NCBI GenBank assembly: GCA_024278175.1
Contig: JAJRTS010000101.1
Location: forward strand, 25,950-89,949
DNA: 64,000 bases
DNA from: Gemmatimonadales bacterium
Lineage (GTDB): Bacteria; Gemmatimonadota; Glassbacteria; GWA2-58-10
Reading direction: 5' to 3'
Positions within the stretch are counted from its first letter, which is position 1; every line of letters starts with the position of its first letter. The notes under the pieces are model-generated. The model searched no databases. It was not told the origin of the DNA and worked only from the letters and a program-made list of their open reading frames with translations. Of the stretch, positions 19,540 through 29,800 are shown in pieces. A program made the translations under genes and the position numbers.

Positions 19540-21081
19540 TTATATTTCCTTTTTTTCCTTGAGGCGCTCTGCAAAATCCGCCCCCAGCCGTCTTTCAAAA
19601 CCACGATAAACCGCGGGATCGTCCAGCCGGGCCAGGGCCTCGTTAAGCCTGCGCCGCTGGTCGGCGAAAGCCTGGGCCGAAACTTTTTCCGGGTCCACGC
19701 TGTCGCGCAGAAGGCTTTCGAGCATCTTCTGCGGTCCGCGGTATTTTTCCCGCCCGGCGAGATTGACAAACTCGCCCGGATCATCATCCAGATTGAAAAG
19801 CAGTGGGGCGCGGCCCACGAAATGGATAAATTTCCAGGGGCCCTTGCGGACCCAGAACGTCCCGGTGCAGGTTCCCTCGTTGTTCAACTCGCAGTAGACC
19901 ACTCTGTCTTCGGGATTCTCATCTCCCCTGACCAGCGGAAGCACGGACCTGCCACGGATTCCGGGGAACGGCTTCAGCCCGCCGAGTTCCAGAATGGTGG
20001 CCGCCAGGTCAACATGAGACACCGGAGCATCCACCTTCCCTTTGCCGATTCCCGGGCCGGCAATGATCAGCGGCACCTGGGCCGCGCCATCATAGGGATC
20101 ACCCTTAAGCCACATCCCGTGTTCGCCCAGCATTTCGCCGTGATCCGAAGTAAAGACCACGACAGTGTTCTCCGCCTGTCCGCTTTTATCCAGAGCGTTC
20201 AGAACTGTTCCCAGCCATTGATCCAGCATGGTGATCATACCGTAGTAGGCGGCCCGGGCTCTTCTGATATCTTCTTCGGGAAAAGGAGCTTCATCGAAGC
20301 GGTTGTAATGGTTTGTCATGGCGAGGACCGGATGAAGGTCCGGCGGCCAGCCCCCGGGCACGACCGGCATATCCAGGTTTTCCAGCGGATACATCTCAAA
20401 ATACTTCCGGGGAATTCTCCATTCCGGATGCGGGCTGTTGAGCCCCAGGTAAAAAAGCCAGGGGCGATCCAGACCGGCGGCCTCTTCACTTAAAAAGCTG
20501 ACCGCTTCCTCGGCAAGGCGCTGGTCTCCATGGGGCTGTTCATCGATGTAACCATTGATCAGGGCTCTGGAGCCGAGCCTGGGCACGATTGGATCCCGGA
20601 AATAGGCCGTAATATCCGGGCTGGTGTCGTGGCCGTGCTCGGTTCTTCGCTCCTCGAATCCGTAATCGCGGTTATAAAGAAAGTCCAGCTTCCCGGTGGC
20701 CAGACTCCGGTAGCCCGCATCATCTCTGAGTCTCGCGGCCCAGGTGGGCACGCGGCCGTCAAAGGGCGAGGCATTGTCGTAAGCACCCACCTCGTGCGGA
20801 TAAAGACCGGTAAACATGGCGGCTCTGGCGGGCACGCAGACCGGGCTGTTGCTGTAACAGTTGGAAAAAACGGTACCGCGCGCGGCCAGCTTGTCCAGGT
20901 TTGGTGTCTGAACAAGGCTGTGGCCGGCAAACCCAGCCTTGCGGGCATTATGCTGGTCAACACAAATAAACAGAATATTCGGTCGCCCGGTGCGGCCGCC
21001 GCGACCACCGCAACCGGTGGTGAGCAAAGGGGCGATCCCGGCGGTCATGCCCCCGAGTTTCAAAAAATCTCTTCTGTCCAT
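19540..21081 (-). CDS. Tat-exported Cys-type sulfatase
   Basis: Twin-arginine signal MDRRDFLKLGG, PNILFICVDQHN, sulfatase signature SPVCVPARAAMFTG (C-x-P-x-R), and FTSDHGEMLGEHG. Confidence 0.88.
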   Translation of the reverse strand: MDRRDFLKLGGMTAGIAPLLTTGCGGRGGRTGRPNILFICVDQHNARKAGFAGHSLVQTPNLDKLAARGTVFSNCYSNSPVCVPARAAMFTGLYPHEVGAYDNASPFDGRVPTWAARLRDDAGYRSLATGKLDFLYNRDYGFEERRTEHGHDTSPDITAYFRDPIVPRLGSRALINGYIDEQPHGDQRLAEEAVSFLSEEAAGLDRPWLFYLGLNSPHPEWRIPRKYFEMYPLENLDMPVVPGGWPPDLHPVLAMTNHYNRFDEAPFPEEDIRRARAAYYGMITMLDQWLGTVLNALDKSGQAENTVVVFTSDHGEMLGEHGMWLKGDPYDGAAQVPLIIAGPGIGKGKVDAPVSHVDLAATILELGGLKPFPGIRGRSVLPLVRGDENPEDRVVYCELNNEGTCTGTFWVRKGPWKFIHFVGRAPLLFNLDDDPGEFVNLAGREKYRGPQKMLESLLRDSVDPEKVSAQAFADQRRRLNEALARLDDPAVYRGFERRLGADFAERLKEKKEI

Positions 21082-21128
21082 GGCTTTTCTCGCTATTTTT
21101 CAACACGCTTTTAAAGGAGCGGTCCCGT

Positions 21129-21821
21129 TCAGATATTCAGGCTGCTCTTGTAGATAATCCCCGCCAGTTCCAGGGAGAAATTGTTGCACTTGTCCATGAT
21201 CCGGCTGGCTTTGCTGGACAGGACGTTGTAGCCGATAACCGCCGGAATGGCCACCGCCAGGCCCACCACCGTGGTGATCAGCGCATCGGCGATCCCCGGC
21301 GCCACCACCGTGATATTGGCGCTGCCCTTGGCGGCGATGTCCAGAAACGCCTCCATGATCCCCCACACGGTACCCAGCAGGCCCAGGAACGGGCTGATCG
21401 AGGTCACGATCGCCAGAAAGGTCAGGTAGCTGCGCAGGCTTGCGCCCTGCTCGGCCACGGTGCGCTCCATCGCCATCAGCAGCGAGTCACGCATCATCAC
21501 CGTGGAGTCGAACATTCCACGCTTCTCTTCGTTCTTGCCCAGAATTCTGCGCAACTGACGCACTTCCTGCACCGCCACACCGACCAGGGCACTTATCGGC
21601 GAGTGGACCAGGTCCTTGCCCGCGGCGTGGATCTGGTCCAGGTCGCGGGCGGCGCGGAAGCGGCCCAGGAAGCCGTCCACTTCTTTTTCCGCCCGGCGAA
21701 GGTCGAACACGCGGCGGCCCATCACCATCCAGCTCAGCACCGAGAGCACGCCCAGTACGATCAGGATAAACTGCGCTTCCGGACTGGCATAGATTAACTT
21801 GGAGACTAATTCGCGGCCCAA
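21129..21821 (-). CDS. tolQ: MotA/TolQ/ExbB proton-channel protein
   Basis: Three-TM profile with LGLLGTVWGIMEAF and IADALITTVVGLAVAIPAV motifs. Confidence 0.88.
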   Translation of the reverse strand: MGRELVSKLIYASPEAQFILIVLGVLSVLSWMVMGRRVFDLRRAEKEVDGFLGRFRAARDLDQIHAAGKDLVHSPISALVGVAVQEVRQLRRILGKNEEKRGMFDSTVMMRDSLLMAMERTVAEQGASLRSYLTFLAIVTSISPFLGLLGTVWGIMEAFLDIAAKGSANITVVAPGIADALITTVVGLAVAIPAVIGYNVLSSKASRIMDKCNNFSLELAGIIYKSSLNI

Positions 21822-21837
21822 TTCTCCTCCCGCACCC

Positions 21838-23130
21838 TTAAAGTTTGACTATCTTCCCGTCGCTGATTCCCCGCGTCCCGAAGGCATTACGCGTATCGAC
21901 AATCATCCGGCTGTTGGCCAGAATCATCCCGTAGTCGAAATCACTGTGGTCGGTGGTGATCACCGTGCAGTCTGTCCCGGCCACCAGTTCGGCGGTGAGT
22001 TCCCGGCTGCTGAGCAGTTCTCCATTGAGCTTGAACTCCTGGACGAACGGGTCGTGGTAGCTGACAGCCGCGCCCTTGACGTGCAGCAGCTTGGCCACGT
22101 CCAGCGCCGGGGACTCGCGCACATCGTCGATATCCTTCTTGTAAGCCACGCCCAGCAGCAGGATCTTGCTGCCCTTCACGCTGCGCTCCGCCTCGTTGAG
22201 CGCATCGGTCACCTTGCGCACCACGTAGGCGGGCATACTGGAGTTGATTTCTCCGGCCAGCTCGATAAAGCGGGCGTAGTAGTTGAGACTCTTCAGCTTC
22301 CAGCTCAGGTAGTGCGGGTCGATCGGGATGCAGTGGCCGCCCAGGCCGGGTCCCGGCAGGAACGGCATGTAGCCGAACGGCTTGGTTGCGGCGGCCCCTA
22401 ACACTTCCCAGACATCGATCCCCAGCACGTCGCACATCAGCGCCACTTCGTTTACCAGGCCGATATTGACCGCGCGGAACGTGTTTTCCAGCAGCTTGAC
22501 CATCTCGGCCGCGTCCGTGCTGCTGACGCCAACCACCTGCTCGACAATCGAGCTATAGTATGCCTCGGCGTACCTGAGGCACTCCGGCGTACAGGCGCCG
22601 ATCACTTTCGGCGTATTCCTGATCTGGTAGACTTTGTTGCCGGGATCGACCCGTTCGGGGCTGAACGCCAGAAAAAAGTCCTTACCCACTTTCAGGCCGG
22701 TCTCCTCCAGCATCGGCCGGATCAACTCCTCGGTGGTGCCGGGATAGGTGGTGCTCTCCAGGACGATCAACTGTCCCCTGCGCAGCCGTTTGCGGATTTC
22801 CCCGGAGGCGGCCAAGATAAAACTGACATCCGGGTTCTTGGTCTTGTTCAGCGGCGTGGGCACGCAGATCGACATCATGTCGGCGTCGGAGAGCACTTCG
22901 AAATCAGTGGTGGCTTTGAGCAACCCCTTTTTGACCAGCGGGCTGACAAGGGCCGGATCGATATCGGGGATGTGGCTGCCGCCGTGGTTGATAACCTTGA
23001 CCTTACTCTCGTTCAGGTCGATCCCGGTCACGCTGAATCCGGCCGACGCGAACTCCACCGCCAGGGGGAAACCGACATAGCCCATGCCGATAATAGCGAT
23101 TTCCGCCTTGCGTGTTTTAACTTTCTGCAT
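21838..23130 (-). CDS. nucleotide-sugar (UDP-N-acetyl-hexosamine type) 6-dehydrogenase
   Basis: Rossmann IAIIGMGYVGFPLAVEFA and catalytic-Cys region GPGLGGHCIPIDP. Start chosen at MQKVKTRK (23130). Confidence 0.85.
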   Translation of the reverse strand: MQKVKTRKAEIAIIGMGYVGFPLAVEFASAGFSVTGIDLNESKVKVINHGGSHIPDIDPALVSPLVKKGLLKATTDFEVLSDADMMSICVPTPLNKTKNPDVSFILAASGEIRKRLRRGQLIVLESTTYPGTTEELIRPMLEETGLKVGKDFFLAFSPERVDPGNKVYQIRNTPKVIGACTPECLRYAEAYYSSIVEQVVGVSSTDAAEMVKLLENTFRAVNIGLVNEVALMCDVLGIDVWEVLGAAATKPFGYMPFLPGPGLGGHCIPIDPHYLSWKLKSLNYYARFIELAGEINSSMPAYVVRKVTDALNEAERSVKGSKILLLGVAYKKDIDDVRESPALDVAKLLHVKGAAVSYHDPFVQEFKLNGELLSSRELTAELVAGTDCTVITTDHSDFDYGMILANSRMIVDTRNAFGTRGISDGKIVKL

Positions 23131-23217
23131 TAATTCCAAGGTCCACCTCGAAGCATTCGGATGGCTGATTGTAACCGAGGGATTGCAAAGATCAACTGAG
23201 AACAATCTTAGCTGCCA

Positions 23218-23246
23218 AATCTATATTTCTTAACAGGGCAAGTCAA
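23218..23246 (-). promoter_or_regulatory. candidate promoter for the dehydrogenase-tolQ transcription unit
   Basis: On the minus strand, TTGACT (23246-23241), 17-nt spacer, TAGATT (23223-23218). Its position favours the 23130 start codon. Confidence 0.35.
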
Positions 23247-23360
23247 TTAAAAATTAGGCAGTTGCGCCCCCACCCGCTCCGCAGAGCACAAAACTGTTGC
23301 CCAGCAGGTCTTAATCATTTATATTCCGCCATTCTAAATTGAAAATTCAGCGGAGGAACA

Positions 23361-23558
23361 ATGTCCAAAGTATGCAGTGTGTGCGGTAAGAAGCCCGTGA
23401 GCGGGAATAACGTGTCGCACGCCCACAATAAGACCAAACGCCGTTTCATGCCGAACCTGCAGAAAATCCGCGTCAACGAGAACGGTACCAATACGCGCAA
23501 ATATGTCTGCACGCGTTGCATTAAAAGCGGCAGGGTGACCAAGGCCAGCGTGGCCTGA
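23361..23558 (+). CDS. rpmB: 50S ribosomal protein L28
   Basis: [34 protein letters not shown] is typical L28, and GGAGGAACA precedes the ATG. The only convincing plus-strand gene in the window. Confidence 0.93.
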   Translation: MSKVCSVCGKKPVSGNNVSHAHNKTKRRFMPNLQKIRVNENGTNTRKYVCTRCIKSGRVTKASVA

Positions 23559-25166
23559 CTATCCACTGCCCGGCGATTGCACAAGCGAAGGCTCACATTC
23601 GAGGACCCGCCACGGGTGCGCGGATGTGAGCCTTTCCCGTTGGTAGAGTAAACTGTCCAGCCCGGCCTGCTGGCCAGCCAGGCAGTCCAGCAGGCGCACA
23701 CCCTCCAGGGCCGAGGTCTCGATAGCCCCGGCCAGTTCCCGGCCTCCCAGCGAAAGCACCGCCTGAGCCGTGGCCTGAGCCGGCGACTGCCAGCTCAAAT
23801 CAATCTCCCGCGAGATTGCGGCCACGGTCTTTTTCAGCTCCCTGAACACTTTTTTTACCTCCGCCGTTTTCATCATCGAGCAGTCCTGCCAGGCGGTCTG
23901 CGGCTTGGGCACGAACGGGTTGACGCTAAGACTGAGCTTGATCCTGCCGCCCGCGACCGCGGCCAGTTCGCGAAACTGCCCGGCCATCATGGCGCGGTCC
24001 TGGTCGGTCTCGCCCGGCAGACCGATCAGGTAGTAGAGTTTCATCCCCGTAAAACCCTCCTCCCCGCAGCGACGCACCAGTTCCATCAACCGGGCCGGAT
24101 CGTAGAACTTGCCGATCGCCCTGAGCAGCCGGGGGCTGGCCGATTCAGGAGCCAGCGTAATACTGTGTACCCCGCAGGACCTGAGCCGGCGCAACAGAGC
24201 GCTGTCGAGAGTACCGATGCGAAGGCTGCTCACCCCGACGCGGCATCCCCTGGCCGCGATCGCCTCCAGAATCTCTCCCAGACGGGGGTGGTCACAAAGG
24301 TTGGCCCCCACCAGCCCCACACTGCGCGCCGAGGACGGTGCCTTGCCGATCACCTCGACCAGCCTGTCCAGTCCGGCCGCGCGGAACGGGCCGTTGACCT
24401 GGCTGACCATGCAGAACTTGCAACGCCCCCGGCAGCCACGGGCGATTTCCACCATGAACATCGAGCGAAAATGCGCCAGGCTGCTGATAATCGTGCTGCG
24501 TACCGGCTCGCCTGCCAGCGGGACCACGGCGCGCGGAACACGCTCCGGAGCGACATCCGTCAGCGGAACCGGCGGCTCTGCAGGCGCTCCGCCGTAAAGC
24601 GAGGGAACGTAGAAACCAGGCCGGCCGGCCAGCCGCTCCAAAAAATCCCGGCGGGAGCCGCCGCCGCCCAGAGTGGCGTGCCAGCACTGGGCAAAACCGG
24701 GTACCAGGTACTCGCCGTCGCCAATCGCGCAGACGTCGATAAACGGCGCGGCCGGCTCCGGGTTGGCCGTGATTACCGGCCCGCCGCAGAATACGACCGG
24801 GTCGTGTTCCCCGCGCTCATCGGCTCGAAGAGGCACGCCGAACTTATGCAGCGCCCGCACCAGCCAGATCAACTCCTGCTCGTAGGAAACCGACGCCGCC
24901 AGCACGCCGAACGCCCGGGCGGCACGGCCGCTCTCCAGGGAAATCCAGCTATCACCCAGCTCGAACAGGCGCTCGCAACGGGAGCCGTCCTGAAGGTTGA
25001 ACAGCCGGTATGCGTTCTGGTAGCCCAGGCTGCCGGTAATCAGCTCGTATGGCGAGAGCCCCAGCAGGCCCACCTCCAACGGACAATCTCCGGTTTTTTC
25101 CAGGGTGCCGCTCTCGGAGGCCAGCAGTTCAGCCCGTATCTTTTCGGTATCGCGCGAGAACGCCAT
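23559..25166 (-). CDS. radical SAM protein, paralog of the TIGR03960-like enzyme at 57359-59950, lacking the DUF2344 tail
   Basis: CxxxCxxC cluster EIARGCRGRCKFCMVSQ. The N-terminal domain aligns by eye with the other radical SAM gene (DPVVFCGGPVITANPEPAAPFIDVCAIGDGEYLV vs DPLVCGGGPNAVNPAVMAPFFDFFVLGDGEAVL). Confidence 0.8.
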   Translation of the reverse strand: MAFSRDTEKIRAELLASESGTLEKTGDCPLEVGLLGLSPYELITGSLGYQNAYRLFNLQDGSRCERLFELGDSWISLESGRAARAFGVLAASVSYEQELIWLVRALHKFGVPLRADERGEHDPVVFCGGPVITANPEPAAPFIDVCAIGDGEYLVPGFAQCWHATLGGGGSRRDFLERLAGRPGFYVPSLYGGAPAEPPVPLTDVAPERVPRAVVPLAGEPVRSTIISSLAHFRSMFMVEIARGCRGRCKFCMVSQVNGPFRAAGLDRLVEVIGKAPSSARSVGLVGANLCDHPRLGEILEAIAARGCRVGVSSLRIGTLDSALLRRLRSCGVHSITLAPESASPRLLRAIGKFYDPARLMELVRRCGEEGFTGMKLYYLIGLPGETDQDRAMMAGQFRELAAVAGGRIKLSLSVNPFVPKPQTAWQDCSMMKTAEVKKVFRELKKTVAAISREIDLSWQSPAQATAQAVLSLGGRELAGAIETSALEGVRLLDCLAGQQAGLDSLLYQRERLTSAHPWRVLECEPSLVQSPGSG

Positions 25167-25230
25167 CAACACTCCGGACAATGAACAGGGACAAAAAAGC
25201 CGGCCGCCGGGAGGGCAACCGGAGCCGGGA

Positions 25231-25268
25231 TATAAATAACAACAAAGGGCCTTCGCGGGAAGGCCCTT
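25231..25268 (-). terminator. rho-independent terminator ending the surface operon
   Basis: Stem aagggccttc (25245-25254) / gaaggccctt (25259-25268), loop gcgg, followed on the minus strand by TTGTTGTTATTTAT. Confidence 0.6.
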
Positions 25269-25301
25269 CCGTTTGCATTGCCAACTCTTTGCCGGGCAGG
25301 A

Positions 25302-26213
25302 TCAGTAGCGGGAAATGCGGTCGCGCTCCGGCAGACTGGGCTTGATCCTGGTCTTGCCGCCGAAAATCTTCCCACCCAGCAGGAACGAGTCCACCAGGTT
25401 CAGGGCGAATATACCCAGCGCGGCGTTGAACATATAGCCCCCCACCTTGTAGCGGGACTGGCCCAGGTCAACCCGGTCGGTATACACTTCCCTGTTCAGG
25501 GCCAGCGAGGCCTCGTTGTAGGCAGTCTTGCCCTTACCGCGCAGCATGTAGCCGCCTAACATCAGCCCGGCGGTTGCGCCCAGGATAGCGTAGCCGGTCC
25601 ACATCTGCTTGGTCTCGGCGGTCTGGATCATCCTCCAGCCGGGAATCAACTTGCCGATAAACGCGCTCTCCTTGACCTCCTGCTCCTGGCGGAACTTCTC
25701 GATAACCGTAGCCTCCATCTGGCGAAGCTTCAGCAACTCCTGCTGCTGCTGCTGCTGCTTGGCTTCGCTCAGGCGCACCAGGTTCTCGGCCTTGGCCAGA
25801 TTGGGATTCATCTGCAGCGCCTTTTCCGCCGCCACCCGCGCTTGTGCATAATCGTGGTTGTCGTAGTACGACAGGCTGATCAGGTACTGGACGTCGACAT
25901 TGTTCGGCTGGTTGTTGAGCACAATCTGATAGTTCTCGATAGCCTGGTCATACTGCAACTTTTCGCGGTAGACGTCGCCCAGGCCCTTGCGGGCCATGCT
26001 GTTGTCGTAATCCAGGGCCACGGCATCCCAGTACGCCTGCTCGGCCTCGTCCCAGAGGTTCATTTTTGCGTATTGCAGCCCCCGCGACACATGTTCGGCG
26101 GCCAGGTAAAGATTTTCCACGGTCTGTCCCTGGAGCTGGAGTTGCGCCCGGGCGTAAACAGGAGAGAGCAGGATGCAACAGATGGCGGCTAAAGAAGTCA
26201 GCTTGGCAAGCAC
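25302..26213 (-). CDS. secreted TPR protein with Gln-rich coiled coil and C-terminal membrane segments
   Basis: Signal peptide, TPR-like repeats (AEQAYWDAVALDYDNSMARKGLGDVY...), a QQQQQQ coiled coil, then hydrophobic helices (WTGYAILGATAGLMLGGYML; AALGIFALNLVDSFLLG). Confidence 0.6.
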   Translation of the reverse strand: MLAKLTSLAAICCILLSPVYARAQLQLQGQTVENLYLAAEHVSRGLQYAKMNLWDEAEQAYWDAVALDYDNSMARKGLGDVYREKLQYDQAIENYQIVLNNQPNNVDVQYLISLSYYDNHDYAQARVAAEKALQMNPNLAKAENLVRLSEAKQQQQQQELLKLRQMEATVIEKFRQEQEVKESAFIGKLIPGWRMIQTAETKQMWTGYAILGATAGLMLGGYMLRGKGKTAYNEASLALNREVYTDRVDLGQSRYKVGGYMFNAALGIFALNLVDSFLLGGKIFGGKTRIKPSLPERDRISRY

Positions 26214-26226
26214 TTGATCATCCCCC

Positions 26227-26841
26227 TTACCTGCTGAGCATCAGCTTGACATTGATTTTAGTCAGCAAGTCGGTGAGGTAGTTGTCGGATACCGGATCGA
26301 GCGTGCCGGCCGGATCGACCAGCACGGCGGCCGAGTCGTATTCACCGATATTGAAAAACGCCTCAGCCAGCACTGCGTAGAGATCCTCGTAGTTGATCGA
26401 ACTTCTATGCCGGAAAACGTAGAGCGAATCGATTGCCAGCGCGCTCTGAGCGTTTGTTCTGACCTGGGGAAAATTAGGCGGGCTTACCTCGCGATAGCTC
26501 AGGCCCAGCCCGGCGTAGATATCCGCGCTGTCAGCCGCGCTTTCCGGCCCCTTAGTCAGCGCCGTGGTGAAATGGCCGATCGCCCGGTCAACCGAGTCCT
26601 GCATAGCCAGGCTCCAGGCCAGCCCGATATAGGCATCGGGCCACTGGCGGCGGCTGTCAAGCTCCAGCGCGTTGCGGAACTCGATCGCGGCCAGGCCGTA
26701 GCTGGCCGCGGAGAACTTGTCCCAGCCGCTGCTCAGATCACTGTCATAGGCCGGCCGCGGATCGTACTCCGGAGCCGAGGGTGTGCTGCAGGCGCCGAGA
26801 ACCAGCACCGATGCGGCCAGTAATGTCAACAGGTTTTTCAT
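26227..26841 (-). CDS. hypothetical lipoprotein (TPR-like helical repeats)
   Basis: Lipobox LVLGAC, followed by an all-helical composition with Ala/Leu/Tyr-rich repeats. Confidence 0.55.
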   Translation of the reverse strand: MKNLLTLLAASVLVLGACSTPSAPEYDPRPAYDSDLSSGWDKFSAASYGLAAIEFRNALELDSRRQWPDAYIGLAWSLAMQDSVDRAIGHFTTALTKGPESAADSADIYAGLGLSYREVSPPNFPQVRTNAQSALAIDSLYVFRHRSSINYEDLYAVLAEAFFNIGEYDSAAVLVDPAGTLDPVSDNYLTDLLTKINVKLMLSR

Positions 26842-26868
26842 GCCACCAGCTCTCCCGCCGGTTATCGG

Positions 26869-29800
26869 TTATCTCAACAGAACCATTTTCCTGGTTATCG
26901 AAATGCCCGGCGCGCTCATACGGTAGAAATACACGCCGCTGGGCAGGTCGCGGCCGTTATCGGCCTTGCCGGCCCACTGCACGGTGTGCTTTCCGGGCTG
27001 CACGGCGCCGCGCAGCAGAGTGCCGACCACCTGGCCCCTGATATTGAACACCTTTAGCGAGAACCCCTCCACCGGCTCATCGCCCGGTACGGCGAACGTG
27101 ATGAACGTGCTGGGATTAAACGGGTTGGGGCTGTTCTGGCCCAAGCTGAATTTTCCCACCCGGGGCAGTTGCGAGCTGCCGGGTCCGAAAGAGAGCAGGG
27201 CGAAAGTGCCTTCCTGCTCCACCGATGCACTGAACAGGCCGGTTTCCGGATCGAAAACGGTGGGCAGCGCCTGCCAGCCCCGCTGTTTCAGCCGGCAGAT
27301 AGCCATCGTGGCCGGGTCCGCTGTGCCGGCCCCGTCGATGAAGATTCTCGCTCCCCTGCCCACCCCGCCTTCCATGGCCGTGAACGTGAAGCTTTCCACC
27401 CCGGCCATGCTGCGCAGGTCACAGTCGATCGCGCCATCCAGGGCGCTGATCGCCTCCTTGAGCTTACCCTCGGGCAGGAGTTTGTTGGTGCTGGCCAGCA
27501 GCCTGAGCCTGTCACTGGAGGCGGGCAGCTCGATCCAGGCCCGGCGGTCCGGGGTAACGGCGCGCGAGGCGAGAATTGCCGAGGCCAGGGTGGAGGAATA
27601 GGTTTTACTATATTCGCCGAGCACTCCAGAGAGGTTGAGACCGGAAACCGTGAGCAGAAACGACGAGCGCGTGAGATAATGCGCCCTGAAAATAGTGCCG
27701 CCGCTCACGCTTACCGCCGCCACCTGCTCGTTGTTGAAAGCAACTGTCGGGTTGGTCAGCAGCGGCTCGCTGGCGATGATGTAGGCTGTGACGTGGCCGG
27801 AGAACACCGGATTGCGGTTGATCAGCACGAAAAATTCCGGCCCCTGCCCCTGGTAGGTGGACAACAGCACGAAACTGTTGGTCTGCACGCTGCTGACAGG
27901 GTAGCCACTGTTGCCGCGCACGAACACCTTCCACCAGTAACGGGTATTATCGTTCAGCGGCCCGACAGTGAGAGTAGTGTCTGCCAGGTTGTCCTTGGAG
28001 GCCACCAGGCTGCTTGTGCTGAACAGGCTGTCGAGCGAAAGCAGGAAATCGTACTTGAGTGTCTCGCTGGAGTCCTGAGAGACGCTGGCATTCCAGGCGA
28101 ACGTTAAACTGGTCGTGTTCACGGTATCTTTATCCGCGGGAGCCAGCAGGTTGAACTGCGAGGGCAGATCCGCGGCGTTGGGATCATAGTTGCGGCTGAA
28201 GAGCATGGTGTTCTTGCGCTGCTCCTCGGCAATAAAAATGTCAACCCTGTTGTCGTTGTTGAAATCGGCCACCGAGGCGTGACGGGAGTTGCTGCTCCAG
28301 GCGGGCATCAGCCCGGCAGCCGGCTCCCGGAAAAAGCCGCGGTCATTGATCAGCAAACGGTTGTTCTGTCCCCGGTTGAGGTACAGCAGATCCATGTAAC
28401 CGTCGGTGTTGGCATCGAACAATTTGACCCCGTAGGTCTCGTCGCTTTCGGCCGGCAGCCGCCCGCCCGCGTCGCGGGTAAAAATGCCGCTGCCGTTATT
28501 GAGATAGAGCTCGTTCTGGGTAAAATCACTCTGGCCAACCACCAGGTCCAGGTCGTTGTCCCCGTCCACATCGGCCATGTCCCCGGCGCGCGCGTTGGGG
28601 CTGCTTCCGGCCGAGAGAGCGCGATATTCCATCACGCCCCTGCCGCGATTGCGCATCCAGTAGTGCTCGCCGGCGCGATTGATTACCACCACGTCCGGAT
28701 CTTCGTCGTTGTCCACATCCGCGGCTATCGCCCAGACGCTCTGGAGCTGAGGCTCGTTGACCAGCTTGATATCGCTGGAGTCAAAAAAGACGCCCTGTCC
28801 GTTGTTGAACAGCAGACGGTTGGCCTCTCCGCCGATTTTACCGTTGGCCACGTAGAGGTCCATGTCCCCGTCACCGTCGAAATCCGCCGTGACAATACAG
28901 GTAGTGCCCCAATCGTCAGCGGGCAGATAGGTTCTTTCCGTCCCTGCAAAAAACTCGAAAGTCATGTCATTGAACCGGCCGCGGGCGTTGTTGATAAGCA
29001 GCCGGTTCTGGTCGCCATCGTTGGCGAAAATCAAGTCCAGGTAGTCGTCGGCATTCACATCGGCCACGGCCACGTGGGTGGTGTTGTCACGCCCCTGCCC
29101 ACTGAGCACCGTGGAGGTGACATCCTCGAAACCCAGCACCTGATTATAATAATAGGCCTTGTTGATGTCGCCGTAGTTGGCCACCACCACGTCCAGGTAC
29201 CCGTCCTCGTCAAAATCCGCCACGACGCTGGCGCGGCTGGGGTTGGCGGCCGGGTTGCCGAGTTGAGCCGTGGTATCGACGAACGAGACGCTTCCCAGCG
29301 CGCCGGGGCTGACCACTTCGTAAGAGTAGGAGGAGCCGAAATTAGGCGCGCGCCGGCGGTCGCGCTCCACATTGCCCTTCACGTCGGTGACCTGGATAAA
29401 ATATTCGATCCTGCTGCCCACGCCGTGGGCGGGTATCTCAGCCCAGTAGTGCGCGCCGAAGCTGTCCATCTTCAGGCTGGAATACGTGGTTGTAACCGCC
29501 GCGTTTCGATACTTGACCACAACCGAATTGATTGCTTCGTTGCTGAGAATCCAAGTGTTTATCCGCACAGGCAAAACGCCGTTGGTGGTGGTGGTGGCGT
29601 CGGTTGTCAGCGTGATTCCCATTTTTGGTATCAGGTCTTCAGGGTTCTCCAGCACCTCGAATATATAGGGGCCTATCGACGGTCCGCCCAGGTGGATACT
29701 GTCGGGCTTCGAGGCCCTGTGGCCGGACGAGTAGGCGGCCAGCACCAGGTAGCTCACCAGTGTGTTGAACGACTGGCCGGGGATACCGCCGGTGTAGAGC

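Noticed and set aside
21838-23130. Idea that the nucleotide-sugar dehydrogenase and the sugar-phosphate transferase at 63180-64000 supply the donor for the GT-C/TPR proteins.
   Set aside because: Both are more than 10 kb from the triplet, in different transcription units, and are common in ordinary envelope polysaccharide pathways. There is no sequence-based link.
23559-25166. Idea that this radical SAM enzyme is the anaerobic sulfatase-maturating enzyme for the sulfatase at 19540-21081.
   Set aside because: No SPASM-type auxiliary Cys clusters are visible. The N-terminal domain and cluster region are paralogous to the TIGR03960-like protein at 57359-59950. The gene is separated from the sulfatase by several unrelated genes.
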